Positions 48,654-57,509 of a DNA stretch of 64,000 nt are shown here, one piece after another. The stretch comes from Candidatus Azotimanducaceae bacterium. Lineage in GTDB: Bacteria > Pseudomonadota > Gammaproteobacteria > Pseudomonadales > Azotimanducaceae. Within the stretch, counting starts at the first letter, position 1. Every line of letters starts with the position of its first letter. The stretch spans positions 1,352,022 to 1,416,021 of the forward strand of contig OZ246983.1 of NCBI GenBank assembly GCA_965232595.1, written 5' to 3'. The notes under the pieces were generated by a model. The model saw nothing but the letters and a program-made list of their open reading frames with translations. It was not told where the DNA came from and did no database searches. The translations under genes were made by a program, and so were the position numbers.

Positions 48654-50387
48654 ATGAGAACGACCCGACCAGGCCGATTCAGTCGTCGGCAGATGCTTCG
48701 CCGCAGCACTGTCGCTGCCGCCAGCATGGCGGCATACGCAAGCCTGCCCAGCTGGGCGCGCGGCGAGATGACGGGCATCCGGGCGGATGCGAACAACACG
48801 TTTGATCTGGAAGTGAGCGAAAGCCGGCACCACGTTGGGGGCCGTCAGGGCCGGGCCATTCTGATCAACGACCAGCTACCGGCACCCCTGCTGCGCTGGC
48901 GGGAAGGCGAGCAGGTTACCCTCAACGTGACCAACCGGCTGAAGGAACCGACTTCCATCCATTGGCACGGGCTGCTCCTGCCTATGGAGATGGATGGCGT
49001 TCCGGGCGTCTCGTTTCCTGGTATTCCAGCCGGCGAGACTTTCACTTACCGCTTTCCGGTGCGCCAGGCAGGCACCTACTGGTATCACAGCCATTCAGGC
49101 CTGCAGGAACAGCTTGGGCACTACGGACCCATCATCATCGAACCGGCTCAGCCTGATCCGGTGCGCTTCGATCGGGAGCATGTCGTGGTGCTTTCCGACT
49201 GGAGCTTCGAGGATCCGAAGCGAATCGCGGCACGGCTCGGCAAGATGAGCGAGCTCTACAATCATCAGCAGCGAACGCTGCCGGAGTTTTTCGCCGATGT
49301 CCGCCGGGACGGCTGGCCCGCTGCATGGCGTGAGCGTGCCATGTGGGGGCGCATGCGCATGAACCCGACAGACCTCTCTGATGTCACTGCAGCCACCTAC
49401 ACGTTTCTCATCAACGGCTCGAGCTCCGCGGAAAACTGGACCGGCAGCTTCGAGCCGGGAGAGCGGGTGCGCCTGCGCTTCATCAACGCCAGCGCCATGA
49501 CGCTGTTCAACGTCCGAATCCCGGGCGTGGCCATGAACGTTGTCCAGGCTGACGGGCTGAACCTCCAGCCGGTGGAGACCGATGAGTTCCAAATCGGCAC
49601 CGCGGAAACCTACGACGTGGTGATCGAGCCCGACGCCGGCACCTACGCGCTGATCGCTGAGAGCATTGATCGCAGCGGCCAGGTGCGGGGCACCCTGAGC
49701 AGCGAAGGCCGGGCCATCGCTCCGATTCCGGAGCTGCGGGAACGCCCAACCCTGACCATGAAGGACATGGCGCACGGTTCGGGGACGACGGCTGATGGAG
49801 GTCAGGCTCACCATGCTCACCACCACGGCCATCAGGTTGCAGAGCCGCAACGACACGATCACCCAACAGGACCAGGGGTCGCGGCGCTGGCTGCCAATCC
49901 GGTGAATCGGCTGGCCGATCGACCGCTCGGGCTGGAAGCTGTCCCGCACCGGGTTCTGACCTATGGGGATCTTGCCAGCCTCGATCCCAATCCCGACCAG
50001 CGATTGCCGGAACGGGAGCTGGAGCTGCACCTCACCGGCAACATGGAGCGCTACATGTGGTCGTTCGATGGCCGGCGCTTCTCAGAGGTGGAGTCGCCCA
50101 TCCACTTCAATCTGGGCGAGCGCCTGCGCTTGACCCTGGTCAACGACACCATGATGAACCACCCGATTCATCTGCACGGGATGTTCTTCGACGTGGTGAA
50201 CGGCCAGGGCCCTCACAAACCCAGAAAACACACCATCATCGTCAAGCCCGGCGAGAAGCTGTCTGTCGACGTGACGGCCGACGCGCCCGGCGACTGGGCC
50301 TTTCACTGTCACCTGCTCTACCACATGCACGCCGGCATGATGCAGGTTGTCTCGGTCAGGCGTCGGCCGGAGGAGTCGCTGACATGA
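48654..50387 (+). CDS. copA: Multicopper oxidase CopA (Tat-exported)
   Basis: It has the Tat leader MRTTRPGRFSRRQMLRRS. The copper-ligand motifs HWHG, HSH, HPIHLHG and HCHLLYHMHAGM are present. It also has a His-rich insert. Confidence 0.93.
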   Translation: MRTTRPGRFSRRQMLRRSTVAAASMAAYASLPSWARGEMTGIRADANNTFDLEVSESRHHVGGRQGRAILINDQLPAPLLRWREGEQVTLNVTNRLKEPTSIHWHGLLLPMEMDGVPGVSFPGIPAGETFTYRFPVRQAGTYWYHSHSGLQEQLGHYGPIIIEPAQPDPVRFDREHVVVLSDWSFEDPKRIAARLGKMSELYNHQQRTLPEFFADVRRDGWPAAWRERAMWGRMRMNPTDLSDVTAATYTFLINGSSSAENWTGSFEPGERVRLRFINASAMTLFNVRIPGVAMNVVQADGLNLQPVETDEFQIGTAETYDVVIEPDAGTYALIAESIDRSGQVRGTLSSEGRAIAPIPELRERPTLTMKDMAHGSGTTADGGQAHHAHHHGHQVAEPQRHDHPTGPGVAALAANPVNRLADRPLGLEAVPHRVLTYGDLASLDPNPDQRLPERELELHLTGNMERYMWSFDGRRFSEVESPIHFNLGERLRLTLVNDTMMNHPIHLHGMFFDVVNGQGPHKPRKHTIIVKPGEKLSVDVTADAPGDWAFHCHLLYHMHAGMMQVVSVRRRPEESLT

Positions 50388-51178
50388 GGCAGAAGCTGAC
50401 CTGGGCGGTGCTCGCTGCCGTGACATTCCTGACTCCGCTATTTGCCGCGGCGCAATCGGACCCGATCGAGTTCGATGACGCTCCGGCATACGGCGAGCAC
50501 GCCGCCGACCACTACTTCGACGCCGGGCAGATGGCCGCCGTGATGGAGGCACAGCGGCACATGCACGGTGCCGCCAGGAACTGGATGGTGCTCGGCGAGC
50601 GTTTCGAGCTCACAAGCGATGACGAGTTCATCTGGGAGGCAGAGGGCTGGTACGGCGGGCAAATCAACCGACTCTGGCTTAAGACGGACGGCGAGACGGA
50701 TGCCAGCAGCGTCGAGGGAGCGGAACTGCAGGCGCTGTACAGCAGGGCGCTGCGACCCCACTGGGATCTGCAGCTGGGCTTTCGCCACGACTTCGAGCCA
50801 ACCCCATCACGCAGCCACGCGGTGCTGGCGCTGAAGGGGCTTGCTCCCTATCTGTTCGAAGTCGACGCCGCACTTTTTCTCTCCGAGAAAGGTGACCTTT
50901 CCGGGCGACTGGAAGCGGAGTACGAGCTCCGTCTCAGCCAGCGCCTGTTGCTGCAACCGAGAGCGGAGCTGGACTTCGCATTCTCCGGGGACGAGGCGGT
51001 CGGAGTTGGCAGCGGGCTCGGCGAGCTGGAACTCGGGCTGCGTCTCCGCTACGAGCTCCGCAAAGACTTCGCTCCTTACCTCGGCTACCAGTGGTCGAAG
51101 AAGTACGGCCGCACCGCGGAGCTTGCTGATGATCCAACCGCCAGCGGCGCCGTGCTCGGCATCCGCTTCTGGTTCTGA
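50384..51178 (+). CDS. copB: Copper resistance protein B (outer membrane)
   Basis: It has a signal peptide, CopB-family strands (LWLKTDGE...) and a terminal RFWF. Its ATG overlaps the copA stop (ATGA). Confidence 0.88.
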   Translation: MRQKLTWAVLAAVTFLTPLFAAAQSDPIEFDDAPAYGEHAADHYFDAGQMAAVMEAQRHMHGAARNWMVLGERFELTSDDEFIWEAEGWYGGQINRLWLKTDGETDASSVEGAELQALYSRALRPHWDLQLGFRHDFEPTPSRSHAVLALKGLAPYLFEVDAALFLSEKGDLSGRLEAEYELRLSQRLLLQPRAELDFAFSGDEAVGVGSGLGELELGLRLRYELRKDFAPYLGYQWSKKYGRTAELADDPTASGAVLGIRFWF

Positions 51179-51405
51179 GCAGCCATCCGCCTTCTGAAAA
51201 ACTGCTGACAAATCTTCCGACACTTCTTCTAACAAAGCTGCCAACACTCAACGAACGCGGCCGAAGCGAACAGACCACGCTCAGGATTGCAGCAAAGCGC
51301 CGGAGGCTGCTCAAAACTAATGAAAAAGAACGCTTGATTTGCGAGCAGGGAAGGATTATCCCTGCACTGCGGAACTGAGCTAACCAACACCGGAGCACGC
51401 ACACT

Positions 51406-51774
51406 ATGGCAACAGCAAAGAAAGCAGCGAAGAAAAAGGCAGCCAAGAAACGCCCTGCCAAGAAAGCAGCGAAGAAAAAGGTCGCTAAGAAGAAGACAGT
51501 AGCGCGGAAGAAGACCGCCGCGAAGAAGAAGGCACCCGCCAAGAAGAAGGCAGCTAAGAAGAAGGTAGCCAAGAAAAAGGTCGCTAAGAAAAAAGTTGCC
51601 AAGAAGAAGGTAGCAAAGAAGAAGAAGGCGCCTGCAAAGAAGAAGGCTGCCAAGAAAAAAGTTGCGAAGAAAAAGGTCGCTAAGAAGAAAGTAGCGAAGA
51701 AGAAGGTAGCCAAGAAAAAGGTTGCGAAGAAGAAGGCGGCCAAGAAGAAAACGACCGCCAGACGGAAGCGCTAG
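51406..51774 (+). CDS. Histone H1-like Lys/Ala-repeat basic protein (nucleoid-associated candidate)
   Basis: 122 aa made almost entirely of (A/V)AKKK pentapeptides. It resembles AlgP/BpH/Hc-type bacterial H1-like tails. Confidence 0.7.
   Translation: MATAKKAAKKKAAKKRPAKKAAKKKVAKKKTVARKKTAAKKKAPAKKKAAKKKVAKKKVAKKKVAKKKVAKKKKAPAKKKAAKKKVAKKKVAKKKVAKKKVAKKKVAKKKAAKKKTTARRKR
51412..51759 (+). repeat. Coding tandem 15-nt (pentapeptide) repeats with a higher-order duplication
   Basis: About 20 copies of an aag-aag-aag-gtN-gcN unit. The block [31 protein letters not shown] occurs twice. Synonymous positions vary between copies. Confidence 0.9.
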
Positions 51775-51784
51775 GACCCGGTTC

Positions 51785-51826
51785 CTCGCCCGGTCGGTTC
51801 CAAGCACCGGGCGAGCGTTGTTTCGG
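51785..51826 (+). terminator. Stem-loop terminator after the H1-like gene
   Basis: A 10-bp stem ctcgcccggt/accgggcgag (51785..51815) is followed by cgttgtttcgg. Confidence 0.6.
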
Positions 51827-51828
51827 TC

Positions 51829-52587
51829 ATGCAGTTCCGCCGAAACCCGAACGCTTCGCATGCCTCGAACGGCAGGAAGCCCCTTGCGGGCGCTTCCTGC
51901 CGGTTCCTAACCGCCCTGTTGATCCTGTCTCTGTCGGCACACGCCCGCAGCGCAACCACCCTGCACTACGACGCCTACCTTTCCGGCGTCCCGATCGGTT
52001 CAGCGATTGTGGAGATCGAGCTGGACGCTCACACCTATCGGATCTCGGGCGTTGCCTACAGCGAGGGGGTGGCGCACCTGTTCAGCGACTGGCGCTCGGA
52101 CTTTCTGGCTGCCGGGAAATTACAGAACGAGGCACCGTTACTTACAGCCTATGCCTACGACGAGCGGGAGAGAAAGAAGCACCGTGTGCTCTGGCTGTCC
52201 AACGGCAGCGTGCGGCACGTGAAAAACGATCAGGTACGGCCAGCACACCCGGTGCGACCCGGCACCGACATCCTTACCGCGTTTTTTCTACAGGCCGACT
52301 GCTGGCCAGAAAAGGTCCTGCATACGGGGCGCTTCAGCTATCGGATGAAGGGCCGACCATCAGGCAAAGCCGACGGTTGCCACTTCGAAGTGCTGGACGC
52401 GGACGGCGACCGGGACCGCTTTTACGCCCGCTTCGGCCTGCACCAGGGGCTCCGGGTGCCGATCGAAGCGAGCACCCGGGGGATGCTGCGCGGTCGCATC
52501 AAGCTGCGCACGACGCCAGCAGACCAGTCCGCGCTGCTGGCGGCAAACCGCGGCCGCAAGGAAGACGCTGCGCGCGAACCGGATTGA
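51829..52587 (+). CDS. Secreted hypothetical protein, DUF3108-like
   Basis: It has a signal-like segment RFLTALLILSLSAHA and a beta-rich sequence (LHYDAYLSGVPIGSA...YRISG). The family assignment is from memory. The start has no Shine-Dalgarno sequence and abuts the terminator. Confidence 0.4.
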   Translation: MQFRRNPNASHASNGRKPLAGASCRFLTALLILSLSAHARSATTLHYDAYLSGVPIGSAIVEIELDAHTYRISGVAYSEGVAHLFSDWRSDFLAAGKLQNEAPLLTAYAYDERERKKHRVLWLSNGSVRHVKNDQVRPAHPVRPGTDILTAFFLQADCWPEKVLHTGRFSYRMKGRPSGKADGCHFEVLDADGDRDRFYARFGLHQGLRVPIEASTRGMLRGRIKLRTTPADQSALLAANRGRKEDAAREPD

Positions 52588-52588
52588 T

Positions 52589-53743
52589 TCAGGCGTTCAT
52601 CTCTTCGAGCACCTCGGGCAGCGCATCCACATACATCTGAACGTGTTCCAGCTGGCCCATGCTGACCCGGGACCAGTTGTCGTAGTCGCGGTAGATACCC
52701 CTGATCAGCACGTTCCGCTCCGCCATCTTCTGCCGGAACACCTCGGCATTGAGATCACCCAGATCGACGAACATGAAGTTGGTCGCTGAAGGTAAGGCCG
52801 TTAACCCGACCTCGGCCAGCCCTTTGCTCACCATCTCCTTGGCCTCGACGATCCTGGCCTTGGACATCTCCAGAAAGGCCAGGTCGTTATAGCTGGCAAC
52901 CGCTGCAGCCAGCCCGCCCTGATTCATGGCGTAGGAGCCGAGCCCGTAATCCAGCACCATCTTCTGCGTGGTCTCAGGCGAGGCGATGGTGTAGCCAACC
53001 CGCATGCCCGCCATGCCGTAGATCTTGGAGAAGGTCCTGGCAATGATCACGTCGTAGCCCTCGCGAACCAGATCAACCATGGAGGTGTACTCAGGGTCTT
53101 CCGTGATCTCGTTATAAGCCTCATCCACCAGAACCGTCGCCTTCCGCGAAGCCTTTTTGCAGAAAGCACGCAGCGCCTCACCATCCAGCACCAGGCCGGT
53201 GGGATTGTTGGGGTTGGTTATCTGCACCATCGAGATGTCGTCGCTGAGGGCCGCATACATGGCATCGAGATCGATGGCGAGGCCGTCGTCTTTCGGCAGC
53301 CGCACGATCTCGCCGGCGTGCCGCGTGCCCATCTTCAGCGTGGTGTCCCAGAACAGATCCGGCGCCAGGATGTTTCCCTGCGCGCCAGCCGCCGTGGCGA
53401 TGTAGGTCAGGACACCGCTCGAGCCGCTGGACAGCGCGACGTGCTCCGGCGTGACCCTGTGACGCTCTGCGATCATGGCCTTCAGCATGGGCACCGAAGC
53501 CCCGACGTAGTAGGCACCGAGTCGGGTGGCTGCAAACGCCTCCTTGATCGCCGCAGGGCTCGGGCCGTAGGGATTCTCGTTGGCGTTGAGCTTGGCGACG
53601 TTGGCAGCAGGCCCATAGGCAGGTGCTTTCGCGGCACCCGCAGACGAGACAGCGGCCGCCGGCGCGAGCAGCGCAGCCCCGCTGGCTGCTCCAGCTGCAG
53701 CAACGCTGCTGCCGAGAAAGTGACGACGGGAAAGTGATGACAT
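52589..53743 (-). CDS. HisC-family (class I/II) PLP aminotransferase with twin-arginine signal peptide, paralog 1
   Basis: It has the Tat leader MSSLSRRHFLGSS...AGAAKA, then LNANENPYGPSP, NPNNPTG and FSKIYGMAGMRVGY. Start at ATG 53743. Confidence 0.8.
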   Translation of the reverse strand: MSSLSRRHFLGSSVAAAGAASGAALLAPAAAVSSAGAAKAPAYGPAANVAKLNANENPYGPSPAAIKEAFAATRLGAYYVGASVPMLKAMIAERHRVTPEHVALSSGSSGVLTYIATAAGAQGNILAPDLFWDTTLKMGTRHAGEIVRLPKDDGLAIDLDAMYAALSDDISMVQITNPNNPTGLVLDGEALRAFCKKASRKATVLVDEAYNEITEDPEYTSMVDLVREGYDVIIARTFSKIYGMAGMRVGYTIASPETTQKMVLDYGLGSYAMNQGGLAAAVASYNDLAFLEMSKARIVEAKEMVSKGLAEVGLTALPSATNFMFVDLGDLNAEVFRQKMAERNVLIRGIYRDYDNWSRVSMGQLEHVQMYVDALPEVLEEMNA

Positions 53744-53754
53744 GAGAAGCCCCC

Positions 53755-54588
53755 TCAGACAGTGATTGACTTGTAGAACATGGTTGCGGCGACGAAGATC
53801 AGGTAGAAACCGAACAGACGTTTCAACCGCAGCTCGTCCAGGCTGTGCGCCCAGTTGGCGCCAATGGGCGCGGTGAAGATGGACAGCGCGCTGATCGCGA
53901 GCAGCGCCGGGATGTTGATGTAGCCGAGCGAGCCGAACGGCAAACCCTCGACGCCGAGACCTAAAACAAGGAAGCCAACGGTTCCGGGCACGGCGATGAT
54001 GAAGCCCACACCCGCGGCCGTGGCGACTGCCTGATGAACCGGCCGGTTGCACATCACCATGGTGATCACCGTAACGGTTCCGCCGCCGATGCCCAGCAGC
54101 GCCGAGAAGCCGCCGAGCGCCGATGCCAACCCCGCCCGGGCCACACCGGTCGGCATGTTCAGCGCCGGAATGCTGCGCTTGAAGAAATTGGGGAAGAGAA
54201 AATACAACGAGTAGGCAAACACGCCGATGGCGAACACCATGAACAGGCTGCGGCCATCGACGACGGCGGCAACGTAGAGACCGACGCCCACACCCATGAT
54301 CAGCCAGATCGACCAGTCTTTGAGCACGCCGAAATCCACTGCGCCTTTCGAGCGATGCACCTGCACCGATCGTGCGGAGGAAACGATGATGGACGCCAGA
54401 GAGGTGCCGATCGCCACGTAGATCAGCTCGGAGCCGGCTTCGCTGAACAGCGGGAATACGGCGAGCAGCGCCGGGACGACCACAAATCCCCCGCCGATGC
54501 CAAACAGGCCGGCAGTGATGCCCGCAACCGCCCCGGCTGCGCACATGGCGATGATCAACCCCAGCACTTCAGGTTGAAGCACTTCCAT
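53755..54588 (-). CDS. TauE/SafE-family anion permease (sulfite/organosulfonate exporter family)
   Basis: 277 aa with about 8 TM segments and the GLFGIGGGFVVVP and LLGIGGGTV repeats typical of the family. Its stop is 11 nt from the next start. Confidence 0.8.
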   Translation of the reverse strand: MEVLQPEVLGLIIAMCAAGAVAGITAGLFGIGGGFVVVPALLAVFPLFSEAGSELIYVAIGTSLASIIVSSARSVQVHRSKGAVDFGVLKDWSIWLIMGVGVGLYVAAVVDGRSLFMVFAIGVFAYSLYFLFPNFFKRSIPALNMPTGVARAGLASALGGFSALLGIGGGTVTVITMVMCNRPVHQAVATAAGVGFIIAVPGTVGFLVLGLGVEGLPFGSLGYINIPALLAISALSIFTAPIGANWAHSLDELRLKRLFGFYLIFVAATMFYKSITV

Positions 54589-54795
54589 CGGGTACGACTT
54601 AAACGAATGAACTTATAGCCCGATGAAATACAAGTTCCATGCCACGGCCATCGCGGCCGCCAGATCGCGCCTCTACGCGCTCAACGGCACCTCGACAGCC
54701 TTTCGCCTGGCTTTCGCCTACCTGTATTGGTGCGCCTGCACCGTCCTGGTGACCCCTATTGGGGCGGATTCAAGATTGAGAGGCGCAACCAGCGC

Positions 54796-55941
54796 TCAGG
54801 CGTTGAGCGCCTCGAGCACCGACGGCAGTGCGTCCACATACATCTGCACATGCTCGAGCCGGCCCATGCTGACCCGGGAGAAGTTGTGGTAATCCCGGTA
54901 AACGCCGCGAACCATGACGTTGCGCGCCGCCATCTGCTCCTGGAAGTCGTTTGCGTTCAGATTGCCCAGGTCGACGAACAGAAAGTTGGTCGCCGACGGC
55001 AGAGCGCTCAGCCCGTTGGCCCGCAGACCTTCTTCGATCATCTCCCGGCCTTCGAAGATCTTGGCCCGGGACATCTCCAGGAAGCCCTGATCGTTGTAGC
55101 TGGCAACCGCCGCCGCCATGCCCGCCTGATTGAGGGTGTAGTCACCCATCCCGTAGCTTTCGATGAGCGCGGTGTTCTCTTCCGAAGCGATGGTGTAGCC
55201 GACCCGCATGCCTGCCATGCCATAGATCTTCGAGAACGTTCTGGCGATGATCACATCGTGGCCTTCCCGGACCAGATCCACCATCGAGTAGTACTCAGGC
55301 CGATCGGTCAGCTCGTTGTAGGCCTCATCCACCAGCACGGTCGTCTTTTTCGCCGCCCGACGCGTAAAGGCGCGAAGCTCCTCACCATCGAGCAGCAGGC
55401 TGGTGGGGTTGTTTGGGTTGGTGACGTGAACGAGGGCGATGTCCTCGGTAATGGCCTTCTCCATCGCCGCCAGGTCGATGGCGAGCGATGCGGTCTTCGG
55501 CAATCGGACGATCTCGCCGCTCTGCCGGGTGCCACGACGAACCGTCGAGTCCCAGAAGAGATCCGGCGTCAGGATGTTGCCGCGCTGACCGGCAGCCGTG
55601 GCGATGAACGTGAGCACGGCACTGGAACCGTTGGCCAGGGCCACCTGCTCGGGCGTGACGCCGTTGCGCTCCGCGATCATGGCCTTGAGACGGCGCACCG
55701 TGTCCCAGACGTAGTAGGCGCCACCATCGCGAACCGCCTCGAAGGCAGCCTGCATGGCAGCGGGGCTCGGGCCGTAGGGGTTCTCGTTGGCATTGAGCTT
55801 GGCCACATGGGCTGCCGGGCCGTAAGCAGGACCGTTTGCTGACGCGCCTGCCGCGGCGAGCGAAATGCCCGGCCCGGCGGCCATCAGGCCCGTTGCGGCA
55901 GCGCTGCTGCCCAGAAACAATCGGCGTGATAGGTCTTTCAT
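54796..55941 (-). CDS. HisC-family (class I/II) PLP aminotransferase with twin-arginine signal peptide, paralog 2
   Basis: It has the Tat leader MKDLSRRLFLGSS...AAGASA and the same catalytic motifs as paralog 1. Start at ATG 55941 with GGGGAG upstream. Confidence 0.8.
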   Translation of the reverse strand: MKDLSRRLFLGSSAAATGLMAAGPGISLAAAGASANGPAYGPAAHVAKLNANENPYGPSPAAMQAAFEAVRDGGAYYVWDTVRRLKAMIAERNGVTPEQVALANGSSAVLTFIATAAGQRGNILTPDLFWDSTVRRGTRQSGEIVRLPKTASLAIDLAAMEKAITEDIALVHVTNPNNPTSLLLDGEELRAFTRRAAKKTTVLVDEAYNELTDRPEYYSMVDLVREGHDVIIARTFSKIYGMAGMRVGYTIASEENTALIESYGMGDYTLNQAGMAAAVASYNDQGFLEMSRAKIFEGREMIEEGLRANGLSALPSATNFLFVDLGNLNANDFQEQMAARNVMVRGVYRDYHNFSRVSMGRLEHVQMYVDALPSVLEALNA

Positions 55942-56021
55942 AACGCTCCCCTCGAGCACATCTCTCTAGCAACCCCCATAGAAACCCTTTGCTCCGCGAA
56001 ATGCCAGCCGGCGTCGCTCCC

Positions 56022-57125
56022 TCAGCCGGTCTCGTAGAAGAGCACACCACGGCGATCCCGATGACTCTCCGCCAGCCCCGCGTGGCGTAGATGCTCCAGG
56101 TGCGCATAGGTCTCACTTTCGGCCATGGACCCCCAACTGCGGGGCCGGAACAGCTGCTGCGAGTACTCCTTGACGCTGGCCGGGCGGCCGAAGCCCCGGG
56201 AGATCTCATGGATCTTATCCAGCCGCTCATGGTGGTGTGCTTTGATATCTTCGGCACGGCCCTTGAGGTCGCTGAACGGATGACCATGAGCAGGCAGCAC
56301 CTGCTCGATGCCCGGCAGCTCGCCGACCCGGTCCAGCGAGTAAAAGAACGACAGCAGCGGGTCCTCCGAGCTGGAAATGCCGGAGATGTGCGGGGTGATG
56401 GTGGGCAACACATGGTCACCGGCAATGAACACGCCGGCTTCCGGATCGTGCAGACAGAAGTGATCCGGCGTGTGGCCCGGCGTGTGCAGCACGAACATCT
56501 CCCGTCCGGCCAGATGAATCAGATCACCCTGCTCGACCGGATGGGTCACCTCGGGCACGTTCATGCCGCGACCCAGCATGCGGAACACCCGATAGAGCAG
56601 CCGCCGGCTGAGCGGTGGCCTCGGCGTCTCCCCGCCCCAGGGGGAGGGTCCACCCCACCACCCGCCCATATCCGACGAGCCGTGGCTGTGCGAGTGTTCC
56701 GGTTCGGCTGGCGCCTCGGCGTCCTGCTGTGCCTCCAGGTCGTTGAGCGAAACCTCCGGCTGGTTCTCGACGATGGACTTGGCCAGGCCAAACCGGAAGC
56801 TGCGGTGCGCAACCACCGTTGACCCGTACTCCTTCGCGAAGCGCTGCGCGCCCCCGAAGTGGTCCGGGTGCGAGTGGGTGATCAGCACCGTGTGCACGTC
56901 TTTCGGTTTCAGCTCCGCTTGCCTGAGCCGGTCCTGAATCGCCTGCCAGGTCCAGGGTCCGGGCAGGCCAGGATCGATCACGGCGGCACCGTTCTCATCC
57001 AGCAGGGCATACATGTTGACGTGACCCAGCCCTGGCATACGGATGGGCAACTGCATCCGCAGAATGTTCGGCGCAACTTCTGTGACTTCGGTTTTTGCAA
57101 CTTCCTGTTCCTGACGATGCGCCAT
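56022..57125 (-). CDS. MBL-fold metallo-hydrolase
   Basis: It has the HxHxDH motif (ITHSHPDHFGG) and later His and Asp ligands (HTPGHTPDH, AGDH, PAHGH). It carries a W/G/H-rich insertion and a C-terminal helical extension. Confidence 0.75.
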   Translation of the reverse strand: MAHRQEQEVAKTEVTEVAPNILRMQLPIRMPGLGHVNMYALLDENGAAVIDPGLPGPWTWQAIQDRLRQAELKPKDVHTVLITHSHPDHFGGAQRFAKEYGSTVVAHRSFRFGLAKSIVENQPEVSLNDLEAQQDAEAPAEPEHSHSHGSSDMGGWWGGPSPWGGETPRPPLSRRLLYRVFRMLGRGMNVPEVTHPVEQGDLIHLAGREMFVLHTPGHTPDHFCLHDPEAGVFIAGDHVLPTITPHISGISSSEDPLLSFFYSLDRVGELPGIEQVLPAHGHPFSDLKGRAEDIKAHHHERLDKIHEISRGFGRPASVKEYSQQLFRPRSWGSMAESETYAHLEHLRHAGLAESHRDRRGVLFYETG

Positions 57126-57142
57126 ATGCCTACCTTCTGTTG

Positions 57143-57496
57143 TTACCAGTGACCGTCCACGAGCACCGCTTCGCCATCACCGGGCCAGGGCGGCAGGGTG
57201 ACGGCCACCACCTTCAGCGGCGCGTCGCCGCTGACCCGAACCTGGAACGCGCAGCGTGCCTCCAGGGCGACCGCATCCCCCTCCTGCAGAGGGCGCAATT
57301 CAGCGTCGCCGGATTCCGGCGCCCGCCAGAGCTCTGCCGCGCCGGACAGGACGTACCAGAGCTCTTCCACCTGTTTGTGCCGGACCGCCTTGCTGATGCT
57401 TCCCGCGGCGAAGGTGAAGCGAGCCAGGCTGCCGCCGCTGACCCGCCCCAGCCGCTCGACTGTCGAGCCATCCGGCGCGATCTCAACGCCGCTCAC
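57143..57496 (-). CDS. Cupin-domain protein
   Basis: A small beta-barrel pattern (HKQVEELWYVLSGAAELW...EGDAVAL). The upstream part of the track ORF overlaps aqpZ, so I chose GTG 57496. The start is uncertain. Confidence 0.55.
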   Translation of the reverse strand: MSGVEIAPDGSTVERLGRVSGGSLARFTFAAGSISKAVRHKQVEELWYVLSGAAELWRAPESGDAELRPLQEGDAVALEARCAFQVRVSGDAPLKVVAVTLPPWPGDGEAVLVDGHW

Positions 57497-57509
57497 CGCG
57501 AGCTGCCGA

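Noticed and set aside
51412-51759. Short regular repeats that could be mistaken for a CRISPR or other non-coding repeat array.
   Set aside because: The period is 15 nt with no unique spacers, and the whole array is in frame within one ORF. It is a coding pentapeptide repeat.
50934-51861. Minus-strand ORFs encoding [12 protein letters not shown]... repeats.
   Set aside because: These are mirror images of the plus-strand Lys/Ala repeat gene (the aag/ctt complement). The plus-strand reading has a plausible start, a terminator and a known protein class.
54589-54795. The 207-nt spacer between aminotransferase paralog 2 and tauE as a riboswitch or terminator.
   Set aside because: It contains only a small direct repeat (ctttcgcct occurs twice) and a 4-bp hairpin. 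There is no stem plus T-tract and no recognisable riboswitch core. It probably holds an internal promoter, but I cannot support a specific call.
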